Shown here piece by piece: positions 62,863 through 64,000 of a stretch of 64,000 bases of DNA; position 1 is the stretch's first letter, and every line of letters starts with the position of its first letter. A model generated the notes under the pieces. That model made no database searches and was not told the DNA's origin. It worked only from the letters and a program-made list of their open reading frames with translations. This DNA is from Octopus sinensis (Eukaryota). Made by a program: the position numbers and the translations under genes. The stretch covers positions 8,184,001 to 8,248,000 of the forward strand of contig NC_043016.1 of assembly GCF_006345805.1 (NCBI RefSeq). The letters run 5' to 3'.

Positions 62863-63370
62863 GTGGAGGCGCAATGGCCCAGTGGTTAGGGCAGCGGACT
62901 CACGGTCGTAGGATCACGGTTTTGTTTCCCAGACCGGGAATTGTGAGTGTTTATTGAGCGAAAACACCTAAAGCTCCACGAGGCTCCAGCAGGGTGGGGG
63001 GGATGAACCCTGCTGTACTCTATCACCACAAATTTCTCTCACTCTTTCTTCCTAGTTCTGTTGTACCTGTATTTCAAAGGGCCAGCCTTGTCACATTGTG
63101 TCACGCTGAATCTCCCCGAGAACTATGTCAAGAGTACACGTGTCTGTGGAGTGCTCAGTCACTTGCACGTTAATAAATTAGCTGGGACGTCACAGGTGCC
63201 AAGCTGTATCGGCCTTTGCCTTTCCCTTGGATAACATCGGTGGCATGGAGAGGGGAGGCCAGTATGCATGGGCGAATGCTAGTCTTCCATAAACAACCTT
63301 GCCCAGACTTCTACCTCGGAGGGTAACTTTCTAGGTGCAATCTCATGGTTATTCATGATCGAAGGGGGGG
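62863..63370 (+). mobile_element. Chimeric SINE, C head/body fused to D tail
   Basis: 62863-63172 matches family C; from about 63187 it matches the tail of 23684-24027. Confidence 0.8.
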
Positions 63371-63611
63371 AGGGTCACAACAATTCATGTTATCATGGAA
63401 AAACAAGCTTAAAACAAATGGATTCTTCTGTCCCAACAATTTATTTAATGTACACAAAGCAGAAAAAAAAATGACATTTATTTCAATGCAAGCAAAAGCA
63501 CTAAACTACTTTACCATTCATCTCAAATGGTCAGCATTCCATCCTCCAACCATTATATTATAGTTCACCTGGCAATTGGATCCACATTTTGACTTTGTAC
63601 TTCATAGACAT

Positions 63612-63870
63612 GGGCATGGCTGTGTGGTAAGAAGTTTGCTTCCCAACCACATCACCTTGGGCAAGTGTCTTACACTATAGCCCCAAGTCAGCCAACCAAA
63701 GCCTTGTGAGTGGATTTAGAAGGTGAAAATTGAAGTGAGCTCACCATGTGTGAGTGTGTGTGTTTGTGTTTGTCCACCAACCACTGTTTGACTAGCGGTG
63801 TTGTTGTGTTTGCATCCTGTGACTTAGTGGTTCAGTAAAAAAGACCAATATAATAAGTATCAGACTTGAA
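63612..63870 (+). mobile_element. SINE family A (deleted, diverged)
   Basis: Head, core and partial tail present. Confidence 0.72.
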
Positions 63871-64000
63871 AAAAAATATTTCGTTTTGGGATTTGGTTTG
63901 CACGATTCTTTATGAGTTCGTGTGTTGAAGCATATTCTCTTATGTCTGGGGAGAGTCGTTTTCTTTTTTGTGCCTTATTATGTAACACACTTACCAGTAA

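Overview
AT-rich animal genomic DNA, dominated by microsatellites and transposons. The repeat families look like those of an octopus or related coleoid cephalopod; this comes from recalled family features, not a database search. There is a 100-N scaffold gap at 30789-30888. No intact host protein-coding gene, rRNA, true tRNA or CRISPR array can be supported, and nearly all listed ORFs are simple-repeat or SINE read-throughs. Recognisable content: (1) many tRNA-headed SINE copies in several families (my labels A-D) that swap heads and tails, many with clear target-site duplications (TSDs); (2) a hairpin-array repeat family (E); (3) a GC-rich 5'-truncated RTE LINE; (4) two R4/Dong-like remnants in (AAT)n flanking a 4 x 335 bp array of an unclassified element; (5) a Penelope-like RT fragment and several small Penelope-like pieces with minimal hammerhead ribozyme motifs; (6) non-autonomous Helitrons, piggyBac-like TTAA MITEs, hAT MITEs and two Tc1/mariner remnants, often nested. 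Several strong minus-strand splice signals in unique DNA hint at a spliced, probably largely non-coding transcript. I found no convincing new protein-based system. The best leads concern mobile-element and RNA biology.
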